The translations under genes were made by a program, and so were the position numbers. From Cladosporium halotolerans (Eukaryota): 64,000 nucleotides of DNA. Where the stretch lies: the NCBI RefSeq assembly GCF_011745625.1, contig NW_027191456.1, positions 558,001 to 622,000 of the forward strand, read 5' to 3'. Position 1 is the first letter of the stretch, and each line of letters starts with the position of its first letter. Positions 11,110-23,344 of the stretch are shown in pieces. The notes beneath the pieces are model-generated. The model saw only the letters and a program-made list of their open reading frames with translations, made no database searches and was not told where the DNA came from.

Positions 11110-12627
11110 CTACTGCTTGATCTCGTACTTGCGCCTGAACATCTCGTCGACCTTGGTGAGGTAGTAGGTACCAGGGAGGAGAGTGTCGGTCGCACCCTTG
11201 GGCTCATAGTTGCCCTTGAGGTGAGCCTGCTCGCGCAGGTTGCACATCTCGTCGTAAACTTCGGGCGCGACGGTGCGGCGAGAGTCGAGGCGGGAGTGGA
11301 GATCGACCTTGGAAGCGATCTCGTCGGTGGCGCCGCGGACGCGCAGGGAGAACATGGAAGCAGCAAGACCGGAGCCGTAGGAGAAGATGCCGACGCGCTT
11401 GCCCTGGAGGTCGGCGGAGGAGACGTTGGCGAGGAGGGAAACGAGCGAGCCGTAGACGCTGCCACAGTACATGTTGCCGCACATGGTGGGGACCTGGATA
11501 GAGGGCTGGACGCGGGCGGCGAAGCGCTTCTTGGCGAGAGCCATGAAGGTCTTCTCGACGGTCTTGTCGGTGATGGTCTGCTCGTAGGTGAGGTTCTTGA
11601 TGTCGGCGGGGACCTCGGCGAAGATGGGGTTCTCGGGGTTGGCGAGGTAGTCGTTGTACAAGAGGCGGGCGTAGCTCTTGGAGACGAGCTTGCAAGTCGG
11701 GGCGTGGAAGCACATGTAATCGAACTTGTCCATGGGGGCCTCCTTCTCGGCGTGCACACCGTTTCCGTTGGCGTGGCCGTTCAGCTTGCTCTTGAGGGTC
11801 TCCTCGCGGGCGTTGTAGGCCTTGTAGCAGGCGTCGACGGCCTCAGTGTAGCACTGCAGGGAGAACTGGCCATCAACGATGGGATACTCGCTGGTCAGGT
11901 CGGCCTTGTAGAAGTCGTAGGCGTGCTTGACGTAGCTGCCGCGGAGACCAGGCTCGAAAGCCAGGGGAGCGTCGGGGCCGACGAGCATGGCAACGCAACC
12001 AGCACCGCCAGTGGGTCTGGCGGCACCCTTCTTGTAGAGGGCAATGTCACCGGCGACAACAATGGCGTTGCGGCCGTCCCAGGCGGAAGACTCGACCCAG
12101 TTGATGGCGTTGAAAAGAGCGTTGGTGCCACCGTAGCAAGCATTGACGGTGTCCACGCCCTCGACGTTGGTGTTGCCCGAGGGCTCGAAAAGCTGCATCA
12201 ACACACTCTTGCATGACTTGGACTTGTCGAGGAGGGTCTCGGTGCCGACCTCGAGTCTGCCGATGGATTTGGGGTCGATGTTGTATTTCTTGAGGAGGGA
12301 GGAGACGGTGGTGAGGGCGATGGAGTAGATGTCTGCGTGTTTGCGTTAGTTGGCGCTGAATATTGGGCGCAGAATTGTTGGAATGCTCGTTGCACTCACC
12401 TTCTCTGTCGTCGCAGAAGCTCATCTTGGTCTGGCCGAGGCCAATGGTGTACTTGCCCTGGCTGACGCCGTCGAACTTCTCGAGCTCTGCTTGGTCGACG
12501 CACTGCAGGTGTCCCGTCAGCCACCCAGATTGCTGGATGCCAAAATCGCCGGCTGCATCAAACCTACCTGGCTGGGGACGTAAAGCTCAATGGCCTTGAC
12601 GCCGACATTCTGGGGCCTCTCAGACAT
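11110..12627 (-). CDS. ERG13: Hydroxymethylglutaryl-CoA synthase, 3 exons
   Basis: [16 protein letters not shown].., [23 protein letters not shown], active-site NACYGGT, FSYGSG. Two canonical introns near the 5' end. Confidence 0.97.
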
Positions 12628-13740
12628 GATCTGCGGTGGTTGTGAGTGTGTGCGGGTGATGGGTGGTGAGGGGTGCGTGGTCGCGTGCAGGCGATTTTTC
12701 TCGAGCGAATGCGGTGTGCGAGGGGGAGGGGATTCAAACAATGGGCGGAGGTGGGGTTGGTATGGGAGAGAAGGCGCGAGGTTTCGCCGTGGGTCGCGGA
12801 GGAGAAGATGAGAGGAGGGGATCGGATTGTTGGAGGAGGAGGAGGAGAAAGACACTACGGGAACAACAGGAGAGGATATACACACAGCGCGAGGAGGTGC
12901 CGCTAACTCTCTGCCTCCGTCCTGGCAAATGAAGCTGGCGCCGCCGGGGGCGATTTCGAAAATGGTTCGATTCGCTGCGCGGCGGGTTGGCCTGCGCTAG
13001 AGATGGACCCTGACGCCTGAGGCCGGCATCTGCAGGTACTCTGGCAACTTGCGCCACGTTGACACCGCCTGTCGCGCCGCGCTTGCACCCGCCCGACTTT
13101 CTCAACCTCAACCGCCCACGATGGGTGCTAAGGGAGTTTGTTGTCCGCCGCAGCTTCGCCTCGCCACACCTTGTTGTCGCCATCTCTGCGATCGTCTCGG
13201 AAATTAATGTTCCGCCGTCTATTCTTCATATCAGGTCCCCGCTCTGTCGACGTCTCTCGTCTCTCTGCAAGCCCTAGGCGGCTATCACAGCCCGCGGACG
13301 GTAGATCCGTCACCGATAGCGGAGTGGGTATCTGTCGACAGGTTTCCCTTGGAGCTTGCAAGATTTTTATCTGATCGTACCATCGCCTTGATTCTGAACT
13401 GAAGTCCTTGCGGCTGGCAGGGCTGCATCTCGCGCCGACGTCAGCCAAGTGGCGCGTCTTCATCGTGGCATGATAAACGGCCAAAGATAGGCCGCTTCAT
13501 GCATGTTGCCTACTGGAGATAGCTGGAGCCATCGACAAAGGGGTGAACGTCCAGCCACATAGTGCAATCGAAAGACATTGCCTCGATCCTCAATAGCTAC
13601 GCTCGTACGACAAATCGTGTCATTTCATTTCGTCTCGTCTTATCGCACCAAATCGATCACCGACCCTCACAACATCCTCTTTCACTCCTCAATTTTACTT
13701 CGTCCACTTCTCACACCAGATCAATCAATCAATCAATCAA

Positions 13741-14927
13741 TCACACCCTCTCCTTCTCCCACCTCTCATACATCAAATCGTACAGCCTCAGATCCTCCAT
13801 CGCATCCTCCGCCGACGTCTTTATCTCCTTCCCGTTCCTCAAACACTCATACAGCTCCTTCAGCTCCGCCGTATACGCATCCTCATAGCTCCCCAGTACC
13901 TCCCTCGTCTCCATCTCCCCTTCCGCATTCACCTCCTGCACCGTAACCTTGATCGGCAACCCCTTCACATAAGGGCTGTCATACTTAATCATCACCCGCT
14001 TCCTCTCCCCATAAACCGCGAAATGCGCATCAAACTCCGGCACGCCGTCAATCCCACTCTCGTACGTCACACTAAACGGCTCCTTACCCCCCTTCCGATT
14101 CCTGTAATTAAAAATCGCACTGTAAAACGGCTCGTTCGCACTCACGCCCCCAACACTCTCGGGGAAGCCCAGCACCTCCCGCATGAGCGAGATATCATGC
14201 GACCCCAGACTGCCCAAGAACCTCGCAAACCGCCTCCTCTCATCCGTCACCTCCCGCCCCTCGAACGCCTCCCCCAGTAACTTCCCCAACCTCTCCTCCC
14301 CCTCCGCCCCCACCTCCACCGGCACATCCCCCAATCCCTTGACAGGGAAAGTCCCACTCTCAGCAACAAACTTGCCGTTCGGCCCACTAAAGTCCCTCAC
14401 GCGCGCATACAAGATCCTATCAATGCCCCCCACCTCCCGCAGGAAAGTCTGCGTGAACGACCGCGCGTACCGCCGCATGTAGCCCACGAAGACGCGCGCG
14501 CCGTTCGGCGCCCCGCGCTCGGCGGCCAGGATGCGCTGCGCGGAGGGCAGGGAGAGCGTGAGGGGTTTCTCGAGCAGGACGGATTTGCCGGCGCGCAGGG
14601 CGGCGATGGTCGTGGGTTCGTGGGCGGCGTCGGAGGTGAGGTTGAGGATTAGGTCGGTTTGGGGCGAGGCGATGACGGTGCTGGGCGAGGTGGTGTGCGT
14701 TGGGATGTGGAATTTGGTGGCGACGTGGTGGGCGGTCTGGTGGGGGGGTTTGTTAGTTTGGGGTTTGGAACGTTTTGGGTTCAGGTTAAGATCCTTACTT
14801 TCTCGGAGATGTCGCAGATGGCGGTTACGGTGTAGAGGTGGGAGAGCAGGGCGAGGGTGGGGAGGTGGATTACTTGGGCGACTTCGCCGGCGCCGAGGAC
14901 GCCGACTCGCAGGCGGGTGTCGGCCAT
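13741..14927 (-). CDS. Gfo/Idh/MocA-family oxidoreductase (inositol dehydrogenase-like), 2 exons
   Basis: MADTRLRVGVLGAGEVAQVIHLP / intron ~14798-14737 / ..VLLEKPLTLS..VFVGYMRRY..LGSLGSHD. Confidence 0.88.
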
Positions 14928-15675
14928 GTTGGGCTAGTTGATATGTGTTAGAGGAAATGGGAATCCGGGTCGGGTAAGCTGGTGTTTTTTATGGTATTGT
15001 GTTGGAGGTTATATGAGTTGAGGTTGAAACAAACAGTTTGGATGGTTAAGTGGACCCGGGTTGACGTAGCTACCTACCATTTTCATGCCCTGAAGATCGG
15101 GTTCCTCGCGGTGGGACATGATACGATCGTCAGGTACAGTACTTGTGTGATCTATAATTTGAGTCCTAATGGTATTCTCCAGAGCTCTCAGAGACGGAAT
15201 GTCGCCTTGCTCCTTGAGGTACACTTTACACAACCAGATCGTACCCCTCCATGCCCCTCCAAGTCGGCTCAACGTTGCCAAGATGTAACGAGATTCTGCC
15301 TTGGACGCTTCTCTTGTCAAACTTGACAGGGCACAAAGATGCATTCAAAGTCGAGATTATACTTATGAACGGAATAAAAGCGCAGAGATCGTGTCGATTT
15401 GCATACCGGAGAATCCGTTCCGAAGTCTTCCCGGTGCTCTGCCCGGTCACCGAAAGTTCAACACCGAATTGTCAAAAACTGTACGGCAAATGCAGATTAT
15501 TGGATTAGGTGGTCGTCAAATGTGGATATCATTCAAGGGCGGCGCCTCTTGTCTTGTCTAAGCTTGAAGATGGTATTCCCTTGCGCAAAACGCCGTGTTG
15601 CCGTCGCATGCTTCCAGGCAATATTTCATGCCCTTCAGCACGCTCGTAGCCATGCCTCTCTTCCCGTTGCATCGC

Positions 15676-15996
15676 TTATTTCTTGCCGCTCTTCTTGATG
15701 CCCTGGCTGCCAGTGTTCAGAGGGCCCTTGCCGCCGGCCTTCTTGGCCATCTCCTCGCGAGCCTTCTTCTCTGTGGGTGTTCGGTCAGTACGATGTTGGG
15801 CAGAGCGCGTCTTCAGGATCGCGTCGCACCAGCCTGCATCTTGGCCTTGTAGGCCTTGTCCTCGTCGTCCTCCTCGACGACCTTCTTCTTCGGCTTCTTG
15901 TTGTGAATCGGGTTGGTACCCGCTGTGCTTGGTTAGTATGCAAGGACGGTGCCAGTATTGCGGCATGCTTCACGTACAGCCCATTCCGGAAGGCAT
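15676..15996 (-). CDS. TMA7: Translation machinery-associated protein 7, 3 short exons
   Basis: Spliced reading MPSGMGSGTNPIHNKKPKKKVVEEDDEDKAYKAKMQA..KKAREEMAKKAGGKGPLNTGSQGIKKSGKK. The C-terminus is diagnostic of TMA7. Confidence 0.9.
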
Positions 15997-16578
15997 CTTG
16001 GCTGGTATGTGCCGAAGGAGGTAGGTGTGTTGGTGGATGGGTGACTGGACTGAACTGCGGACTGCTGAAGCGATCGCAACAAACGCCGCCCACTGCGCTT
16101 CCAGCCTGTGCCCCTCCTCACTTTTCTGCCCGCGGGCGGCGTGCACGTGACGCAAGCTCTGGACTCGCAGAAGTGGCGCAGGGCTCGCAGGGACTCGACG
16201 CCGGTGGCTCGGGCGGTGGCGCGATCCGATGGCCGACAGGACAAGCTCGATCGCGACTTTGCCATCGCTCCAGCGCATTCTGCATCCAGCACCCGCCGAC
16301 ACCTGACATCACCCGCCTGGATCGCCGCGGCCTCGAGCCCTCCGCCGCCTGCCTCGCCCAATGCGAAAAACGACCTCACGCGCAATGAACCACGGCCTCA
16401 AGGTCCCCTGATCCCTCCCACGCAAACGAGCCAGCGAGGCACACACACCGACGACCGCCCGCCCAGCAGCGCCGCGCCGCGAGACGAAGGGCAATCGACC
16501 GATTCCGCGCGCCTCCATCTCCGATCGCCGAAAAAAACATCCCATCCAGCCCAGCCCTCGAAAGCGACCGCCGCCGTG

Positions 16579-17901
16579 ATGCCCGACATGCACCGGCCCT
16601 CCAACATCCACCACCTCCCTCCCTCCCACCCCGCCGCGCGACACCGGCCCAAGTCGCCCAACCGCGTGCTCGCAGAGCAGGAGGCGCAATGGCTCTTCAC
16701 CGACGCCGAGCTGGCCAACACGCCCAGCATCCAGGACGGCATGACGCAGGCTGAGGAGAAGGACCTGCGCGCGAAGGGCGTCAACTTCATCGTGCAGGTC
16801 GGCATACTGCTCAAGCTGCCGCAGCTGACGCTCAGCACGGCAGCCATCTTCTTCCAGCGCTTCCTCATGCGCGCGAGCCTGAAGTCCGCCCGCGACGGCA
16901 TCCCCAAACTGCACCACTACCAGAGCGCCGCGACCGCGCTGTTCCTGGCCACGAAAGTCGAAGAGTCCTGCCGCAAGATGAAGGAGATCGTGCTCGCCTG
17001 CTGCCGCGTCGCGCAGAAGAACCCCAACCTCATCATCGACGAGCAGAGCAAAGACTTCTGGCGCTGGCGCGACTGCATCCTGTACAACGAGGACGTGCTG
17101 CTGGAGACCCTCTGCTTCGACCTGACCGTCGAGTCCCCGCACCGCCAGCTCTTCGACATGCTCAAGGGCTACGGCATGGAGCACAACAAGCGGCTGCGCA
17201 ACGCCGCCTGGGCCTTCGTGACGGACAGCGTCAACACGCAGCTCTGCCTGCTCTGCAACAGCCGCACGATCGCCGTCGCCGCCTTCTACAACGCCTGCAA
17301 GTACTCCGACGTGCAGCTGCCGGACGACGCGAAAGGCCGGCCGTGGTGGGAGGCGATGCACGTGCGGCTGTCGGACGTGCGCAAGACGGTCGAGTACATG
17401 AGCGCGCACTTCGACGCGATGAACCAGGGCTCCGGCGGCGCGAGCTCCATGGCCGGCGGCTCCGGCTCCGGCGCGGCGGCCAGCGACGGCGCCCGCAGCA
17501 TCTACGTAGGTCTCTCCACGCCCAACGAGACCCAGGATGGGTGGGACGTCACGCGGCTGAGAGATGATCGGCAGGACATGTCGCCTTTCCCGGCCTCGCA
17601 AGGGCTGCAGCGAGAGAGCGAACGGCGGTTATCGAACGCGAGCTCGGTCGGCACGAAACGCGATCGAGAAGATCCTGCGAGCAACGGTGCTGCGACGAAT
17701 GGAACGACGAATGGAGACGTACCGCTCGCGAAGCGCCCGAAGACGGATAATGGCGTTCCGGCGAGCGAGAGTGGGAAGCAGGACATGCTGCACCAGGAAG
17801 AGTTGCTACGCGTGAAAGCCGGCAACGAGCACAGTGCGGCAGATGCGAAAGCCGCCGACGAGCCTGGCGAGGTCAGCGAGGAGGGAGAGGTCGAGGAGTG
17901 A
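16579..17901 (+). CDS. Cyclin of the transcriptional K/T (Pch1-like) class
   Basis: QWLFTDAELANTPS..RAKGVNFIVQVGILLKLPQLTLSTAAIFFQRF, LFLATKVEE, LETLCFDL, C-terminal SEEGEVEE. First in-frame ATG at 16579. Confidence 0.9.
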   Translation: MPDMHRPSNIHHLPPSHPAARHRPKSPNRVLAEQEAQWLFTDAELANTPSIQDGMTQAEEKDLRAKGVNFIVQVGILLKLPQLTLSTAAIFFQRFLMRASLKSARDGIPKLHHYQSAATALFLATKVEESCRKMKEIVLACCRVAQKNPNLIIDEQSKDFWRWRDCILYNEDVLLETLCFDLTVESPHRQLFDMLKGYGMEHNKRLRNAAWAFVTDSVNTQLCLLCNSRTIAVAAFYNACKYSDVQLPDDAKGRPWWEAMHVRLSDVRKTVEYMSAHFDAMNQGSGGASSMAGGSGSGAAASDGARSIYVGLSTPNETQDGWDVTRLRDDRQDMSPFPASQGLQRESERRLSNASSVGTKRDREDPASNGAATNGTTNGDVPLAKRPKTDNGVPASESGKQDMLHQEELLRVKAGNEHSAADAKAADEPGEVSEEGEVEE

Positions 17902-18867
17902 GAGAGCTGGGCGAAGTGCCTGTCTGCGCTCGGCTGAAGACCGGGTTGTAGACGGCGCCAGGCCGACCAAAGCTGCTCCTCCATGACCGGGAGAGACCAC
18001 TATCTCAAACATCCGGACGACGACGAGCGAACAGAAACGCTCACCAGTCCGCCTGTACCAGAACAACAAGGAGGACGAGATATACCATGCATTCGAAACG
18101 CCGGGGTTAGGGAACGGGGAAGGCCCCAGATTTCCTCCAGAACGAGATTTACCGTTTCCCGATCATCGAATAGATCTCACGGCGCACGGCGCACGAGAGG
18201 AGGACGAAGTGGCGGATGCAGAGCTCGGAAGACCTACGTTTGAATGCTTGCTTGACTGATTGATTGATTGATGCAAATGAATGGAGCAAGATACCCGCGG
18301 CAGGCAAAATTGAGGTCGATTTACAATTTGCTTTTCTTGATTGATTGTGATGCGATACGTAAGAGTGTTCGTATGGAGAAGCAATTTTTCGTGTCGTTTG
18401 CAAAACGCCGATGATAGTCACCCGTCGGGCTGAGTGTTTGTGACAAGGTATCTTTCACCTTGTTTTCTTCTCCCGCCAATAAGACAAATAATGATAAGCT
18501 CGTAGGCGTTGTTGTGGGGTCGGCTCACTTCACTTCGCTCCAACGAATACGTGGAAACGGTTTCTCGAATCGGTGGACTAAAACAGTCAAATTCTCTGTC
18601 AATCGCCTTGTCTTCTCGGAAACGAAACGATGCCCTTTCCCTTGAGCCAAATGCCGTCACGACGGACCTACAAACGACACGAAACGACAGTCGAAAAAAG
18701 ACGCGAATGAAACCCCAAACCCCGTCCATCCCTCCGCCGCATCCACCCCAGTCAGTCAAAAAGTGCCTTGCGGTCGCAACCGTACGCCCGAACACCTTTC
18801 CTTCGTGAAAACCAAACCAAACCAAAACCGCGTCGAAACTCTATCCTCTACCAAAAAACAATCAAAC

Positions 18868-20493
18868 CTACGCAGCAAAAACCCTCCTCCCCCTAACCCA
18901 CGTCTCCCTCACCCCCGCCGCCAACAACTCCCTCGCATCCCACCGCATCCTCACAACGACAAAATCCCCCCTCAACCCCCTCGCCAACTTCCCGACCCTC
19001 CCCTCCGCAAAACAGCTCCGCGCGCTCCCCAGACTCGCCCCCGCGACCGCCTCCGCAAGGCTCAGCGCGAAGTGCTCGTTCGCCGTGGCGCCGCTGTGCG
19101 GCTCGCGCAGGCTGCGCCGCGTCGTGGCCACGTACATGTTGCGCAGCGTGCGGTAGGGGGCGGTCGGGGCGTCGGAGCCGAGCGCGAGGTTGGCGCCCGC
19201 GTCGGCGAACTCGCGGTACGCGAAGGCGCGCTTGTAGCGGTCTGGGCCTAGGAGGGTGGGCCAGGCTTTGAGGAGCACGGGGTCGGTGTGCGCGGGCTGG
19301 ATGGAGGCCGTGATGCCTGCGGCGGCGAGGCGGGCGGCGTCGCCGGGCTGGGTGAGCTCGAGGTGCTCGATGCGGTGGCGGGAGGTGGGGCGGGCGTGCA
19401 GGGTGAGGGTTGTGAGGGCGAGGTCGACGGCGGCGTCGCCGATGGCGTGCAGGGCGCATTGGAGGCCGGCGCGGTCGGCGTGGGAGATGACGGGGGCGAG
19501 GGAGAGGGGTGTCCAGGCGAGGGGCGCGGAGGGGGGGCCGGTGGTGTAGGGTTCGAGGAGGGCGGCGGTGCAGGAGTCGACGACGCCGTCGAGCATGAGT
19601 TTGATGCCGGCGATGCGGAGGTCGGGGGAGGTGGTGGCGTTGTATTGGGTGTGGAGGGCGATGGCTTTGTCGACTTGCGCGAGGTCGGCGGCGGGCGAGT
19701 CGGTGGGTTTGATGAACCAGTGGGCGGCGATGTGGACGGGGAGGCTGCCGCCTTCTTCGGCGCGGAGGGTGAGCAGCGCGTCCCAGGAGATGTCGTCCAT
19801 GGCCATGTCGATGAAGCCGGTGCAGCCGGCCGCGTTCATGGCGGCGATGGCGCCGCGGATGGCCTCGACGCGGTCGCGCGGGGAGGCGACTTTGGCCAGG
19901 TGAGGCCAGACGAGGAAGACGCAGGCGGCTTCGCTGAAGAGGCCGGACGGGTTGCCGTTGGCGTCGCGGTAGATCTTGCCGCCGACGGGGTCGGGCATGG
20001 ACTGCACGTTCATCTCCGCCATGGCGGGAGTGTTGCACCAGCTCGAGTGGAGGTCTCGAGAGTCAATGAAGATTGGCCGGGGATCCAAGTCGTCGAGCAT
20101 GTCAGCCGTCGCTTTGCCGTCAGTCATATACTCCATCCAGCCAGCGCAGATGATCCGCGGCAAGTCCGGATTGGCGTTGGCGTACGTCCTGATGGCAGAC
20201 CTCACATCCTCGAGCGTCTTACAATGCTCCAGATCCAATTTCTTCAGTGTCTGACCCAGCAGGAGAATATGCGTGTGGCCGTCAATGAAGCCGGGCAGGA
20301 CGTGGTCGCCGTTCAAGTCGCGCACGTCTGCGCCTTTCGCGGCGGCCAGTTGCGCCGCATGCTGCGTGTCGTCTCCGACGTACGAGATGATACCGTCCTC
20401 GACGAGCATGCATTGCGCGAACTTGGCCGTCTTGCGCGCCGAGTCGTCGGTGGTGAAAAAGCGGCCATTGGTGAACAGCGTGGCCGACGCCAT
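18868..20493 (-). CDS. Amidohydrolase family 3 (YtcJ-like) protein
   Basis: Intronless. PGFIDGHTH, IKLMLDGVVDSCTA, HAIGDAA, RHRIEHLE, ALGSDAP, TWVRGRRVF. Confidence 0.92.
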   Translation of the reverse strand: MASATLFTNGRFFTTDDSARKTAKFAQCMLVEDGIISYVGDDTQHAAQLAAAKGADVRDLNGDHVLPGFIDGHTHILLLGQTLKKLDLEHCKTLEDVRSAIRTYANANPDLPRIICAGWMEYMTDGKATADMLDDLDPRPIFIDSRDLHSSWCNTPAMAEMNVQSMPDPVGGKIYRDANGNPSGLFSEAACVFLVWPHLAKVASPRDRVEAIRGAIAAMNAAGCTGFIDMAMDDISWDALLTLRAEEGGSLPVHIAAHWFIKPTDSPAADLAQVDKAIALHTQYNATTSPDLRIAGIKLMLDGVVDSCTAALLEPYTTGPPSAPLAWTPLSLAPVISHADRAGLQCALHAIGDAAVDLALTTLTLHARPTSRHRIEHLELTQPGDAARLAAAGITASIQPAHTDPVLLKAWPTLLGPDRYKRAFAYREFADAGANLALGSDAPTAPYRTLRNMYVATTRRSLREPHSGATANEHFALSLAEAVAGASLGSARSCFAEGRVGKLARGLRGDFVVVRMRWDARELLAAGVRETWVRGRRVFAA

Positions 20494-21406
20494 GTTGAGA
20501 AGCAAGGAAAGACAGTGGCACGTGGAGACGAAAACCAAAAAAAAAAAAGTTGGAGGAATGCGACGGAAACACTCGGCACTTAGAGACAAGGAAACGGCGA
20601 TGCAAGTGAAATGATAAACGAGTCGATTCAAGTCGGGCGCGCGCTCCACGATCCAAGAGAGTCACAGAGTCTCAGCTCCGGGGGTGAAGCCTGCGCAGGC
20701 GTCTGATGAGATGTTCCTTCGCGGAGTCGGTTGGGTATACAGAGATATGACAATGAGCGCATACCGCCCTAAGGCGGCAAGGCCCACGGGGCGCGGCTGT
20801 GGACGGCGCGACTACGGGTCGGCGGTCGCTTGGGCAAGGGCATGGGCATGGTCTGGTCGGGCGGTGAGAGAGTTGGGTTTGGAAAGGGGCCGAAACTAAA
20901 GGGAAATAATGCGCTGTGGAAGCTTCGACGTTGGAGATTATTCGAGGGCGGCGGGCGGCGAGGGACAAGGAAGCTCGAGCCGGCAAAGCCCGGATGCCCT
21001 GAGAGGCCAAGGTGGCGGCGGCCAGCGGCGCGCGGCTCTGCTTTGGCTTTGCGGTGCGTTGCGGGTTGCGGGTTGCGTTGCGTTGCGTTTCGGTGCCGAC
21101 TTCCAAGGTTGTTAGGGGCCAGACCGCGTTTGGCGGAGGGGCCGGGTGGAGTGAGGTCCGCCGGCGAGCAGGTGGGCGAGGCAGCGAGTCGGCTGGACAT
21201 TCCTGGCGCTTATCTATCGCACGCTGCGGTGCCAATGCCCGGAGCGCATGCCATTGCATACACACACCCATACGTAGCACTGCTATATGTACACACCGTT
21301 ACTGACACATGCATGTACTGCCGCTAGCGCTGCCCGGGGGGGATCTTCAGCGGTGAATTGGCGCAGCGCGGTGACGTATCGCCTGCGTATCGCCTGCGCA
21401 TCGCCT

Positions 21407-21452
21407 GCGTCTCGTCTCGTCTCGTCTCGTCTCGTCTCGTCTCTTCTCGTCT
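21407..21452. repeat. (CGTCT)n pentanucleotide microsatellite, preceded by three ATCGCCTGCG-type units
   Basis: cgtctcgtctcgtctcgtctcgtctcgtctcgtct read directly from the sequence. Confidence 0.85.
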
Positions 21453-21985
21453 GTCTGCGTCCCTCCCTCGGCCTCCGAAACACGGCGTGGCGTGGCGTGG
21501 CCTGGTAGGATCAAGGGATGTCGGCACCCCCGCGCCACGCTCACGCGAGCGAACCCGGGGCAGCTTCCACCCCCAAACACGTGGCACAGAAGCGGCTGAT
21601 GAAAGCCTAATAGTAAGAAGGCCTGCTGATGAAACCCGACCCGCGACACGCCTTCGGACGCTCTCGCTCGTGCGCACAGAATCCGCGACTCACGGGCCCG
21701 CAATCACGCTTGGGTGTTATTGATTGCCGTAGGGCTGGCGAGGCGAAACGCCGCTGGTGCTGCCTGACATGCAATCTACGTGAAATGAAGCCCGGCAGGC
21801 GCTCTCGTATCCGGGTAATGTCACATGTGGAGATTCGACGTGTTTCACTCACGTCAACCTTGTGCCTGAATCGGCAGGAATCAAAGAGGATCAGGCTTCG
21901 CGTTCGCATCCACTACCGAAGTGCCCCAATCGCCCAATCGGAAAAAGTAAAAATTCGCATCGCTAAAATCCCTCGACGCAAGTCG

Positions 21986-23344
21986 CTACACGTACTGGCT
22001 CGCCGCGCACGTGAACGGGTCCCCGACCGCGCCCTGCGCGTACGAGTCCACGATGCTCTGGATGCTCGCGTACGTGCCGCAGCCCAGAAACACCAGCCCG
22101 ATCGCAATGACCACGGCATTCAGAACGGAATACGCGACGTTCTTCCAGCTCGCCCTCCAGCTCCCCTCCTTCAGCAGCGTGAACCAGAAAATGGCCGGGA
22201 AGTAGATGGTGAAGCCGCTGATGAACAGCGACGCGATGACGCCGAGCAGCGAGCTGAAGAACGGGATCGCCTCGCCGACCACCCAGGAGATGATGGTTAT
22301 GACGGCCAGCACGGCGAGCCAAACGGCCCAGCCGCGCGCGTCGCGGATCAGCCGGATGTCGGACTTCGCGAAGGCGCGGCCCATAATGTATTTCCCCAGC
22401 ACGGTGCTGTTGATCGAGCCCGAGATGAAAATGACCGGCAGGGCGACGCCGAACGCGACTCTCGAGACGACGTCGCTCGTCGAGAGCAGCGCGGGGCTGG
22501 CGACGTCGTCGCCGACGAACGCGTAGATCAGCGCGCCCGTGAGCACGTAGATGAAGATCTCGATGACGCCGATCGCGCAGGTGGACTTGACGTAGTCGGA
22601 GGGCGTGTGCATCTCGTCCATGAAGCTGAACTGCACCATGCCGAAGGTGTAGGCGAAGAGGATGTTGGAGACGGCGAGGAAGGCGTCGGAGAAGGCGACG
22701 TCGGGCGCGGGCCAGAGGCGCCAGGGCACGGCGCTGAGGCCGCCGGGCGCGTTGCTCGCCTGGATGCCGGTCGCGATGATGGTGATCCCGATAGCCAGGA
22801 GGATGGACGCGAAGTCGATGTAGCCCAGAATGGCGAAGTCGGCGAACGTCGGCGGCAGCGCGAGCAGGAACAGCAGAACCGCGGCGACCACTCCCCACAC
22901 GATCGCGCACAGCTCCGTCTCGTTGGTGATCTTGATGAACGCGATCGTGCCCGTCAGAACGTGCGAGCCGATCAGCAGAATCAGCATCGTGACGAACATC
23001 CCCACCGCCAAATGATACCCGATCCTCCCCCAGATCAGCCCCAGCGCCTCCGCGTAGTCCCTGATGTGCGGGTACTTCAGCTTGACCAGCCCGATGATAT
23101 AGCTCGTGTACATCGCTAGCAAGCCGATGAAGACCGTGATGAGGATGCCCGGGACCATGCCGAGGGTGGCGAAGACGGCGGGCAGGCTGAGCGAGCCGAG
23201 CGCGATGGCCTCGACGATCAGGCAGATGGTCAGCCGCTTCCAGCCCAGCTTGTGGAACTTCTGCTCGCCCTCCTGGATCGTGTCCTGGTCCTGCGACGAG
23301 GCGCCGTCGTGGGCGCCTTTACGCTTCTCGAGGTCCGCGTCCAT
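21986..23344 (-). CDS. Amino-acid permease, Aa_trans / Mtr-like family
   Basis: Intronless multi-pass membrane ORF. LGWKRLTICLIVEAIALGSLSLP, FSFMDEMHTPSDY, ALPVIFISGSIN, AIPFFSSLL. Confidence 0.92.
   Translation of the reverse strand: MDADLEKRKGAHDGASSQDQDTIQEGEQKFHKLGWKRLTICLIVEAIALGSLSLPAVFATLGMVPGILITVFIGLLAMYTSYIIGLVKLKYPHIRDYAEALGLIWGRIGYHLAVGMFVTMLILLIGSHVLTGTIAFIKITNETELCAIVWGVVAAVLLFLLALPPTFADFAILGYIDFASILLAIGITIIATGIQASNAPGGLSAVPWRLWPAPDVAFSDAFLAVSNILFAYTFGMVQFSFMDEMHTPSDYVKSTCAIGVIEIFIYVLTGALIYAFVGDDVASPALLSTSDVVSRVAFGVALPVIFISGSINSTVLGKYIMGRAFAKSDIRLIRDARGWAVWLAVLAVITIISWVVGEAIPFFSSLLGVIASLFISGFTIYFPAIFWFTLLKEGSWRASWKNVAYSVLNAVVIAIGLVFLGCGTYASIQSIVDSYAQGAVGDPFTCAASQYV

Noticed and set aside
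11110..14927. ERG13 plus oxidoreductase as a secondary-metabolite cluster
   Set aside because: No PKS, NRPS, terpene synthase or cluster regulator nearby; ERG13 looks like the housekeeping copy.
15009..15344. 111-aa minus-strand ORF between the oxidoreductase and TMA7
   Set aside because: No recognisable motif or codon bias; it lies in the probable promoter of the oxidoreductase.
20735..20750. ATACAGAGA resembling the U6 snRNA ACAGAGA box
   Set aside because: The flanking sequence does not match U6 and there is no Pol III terminator.
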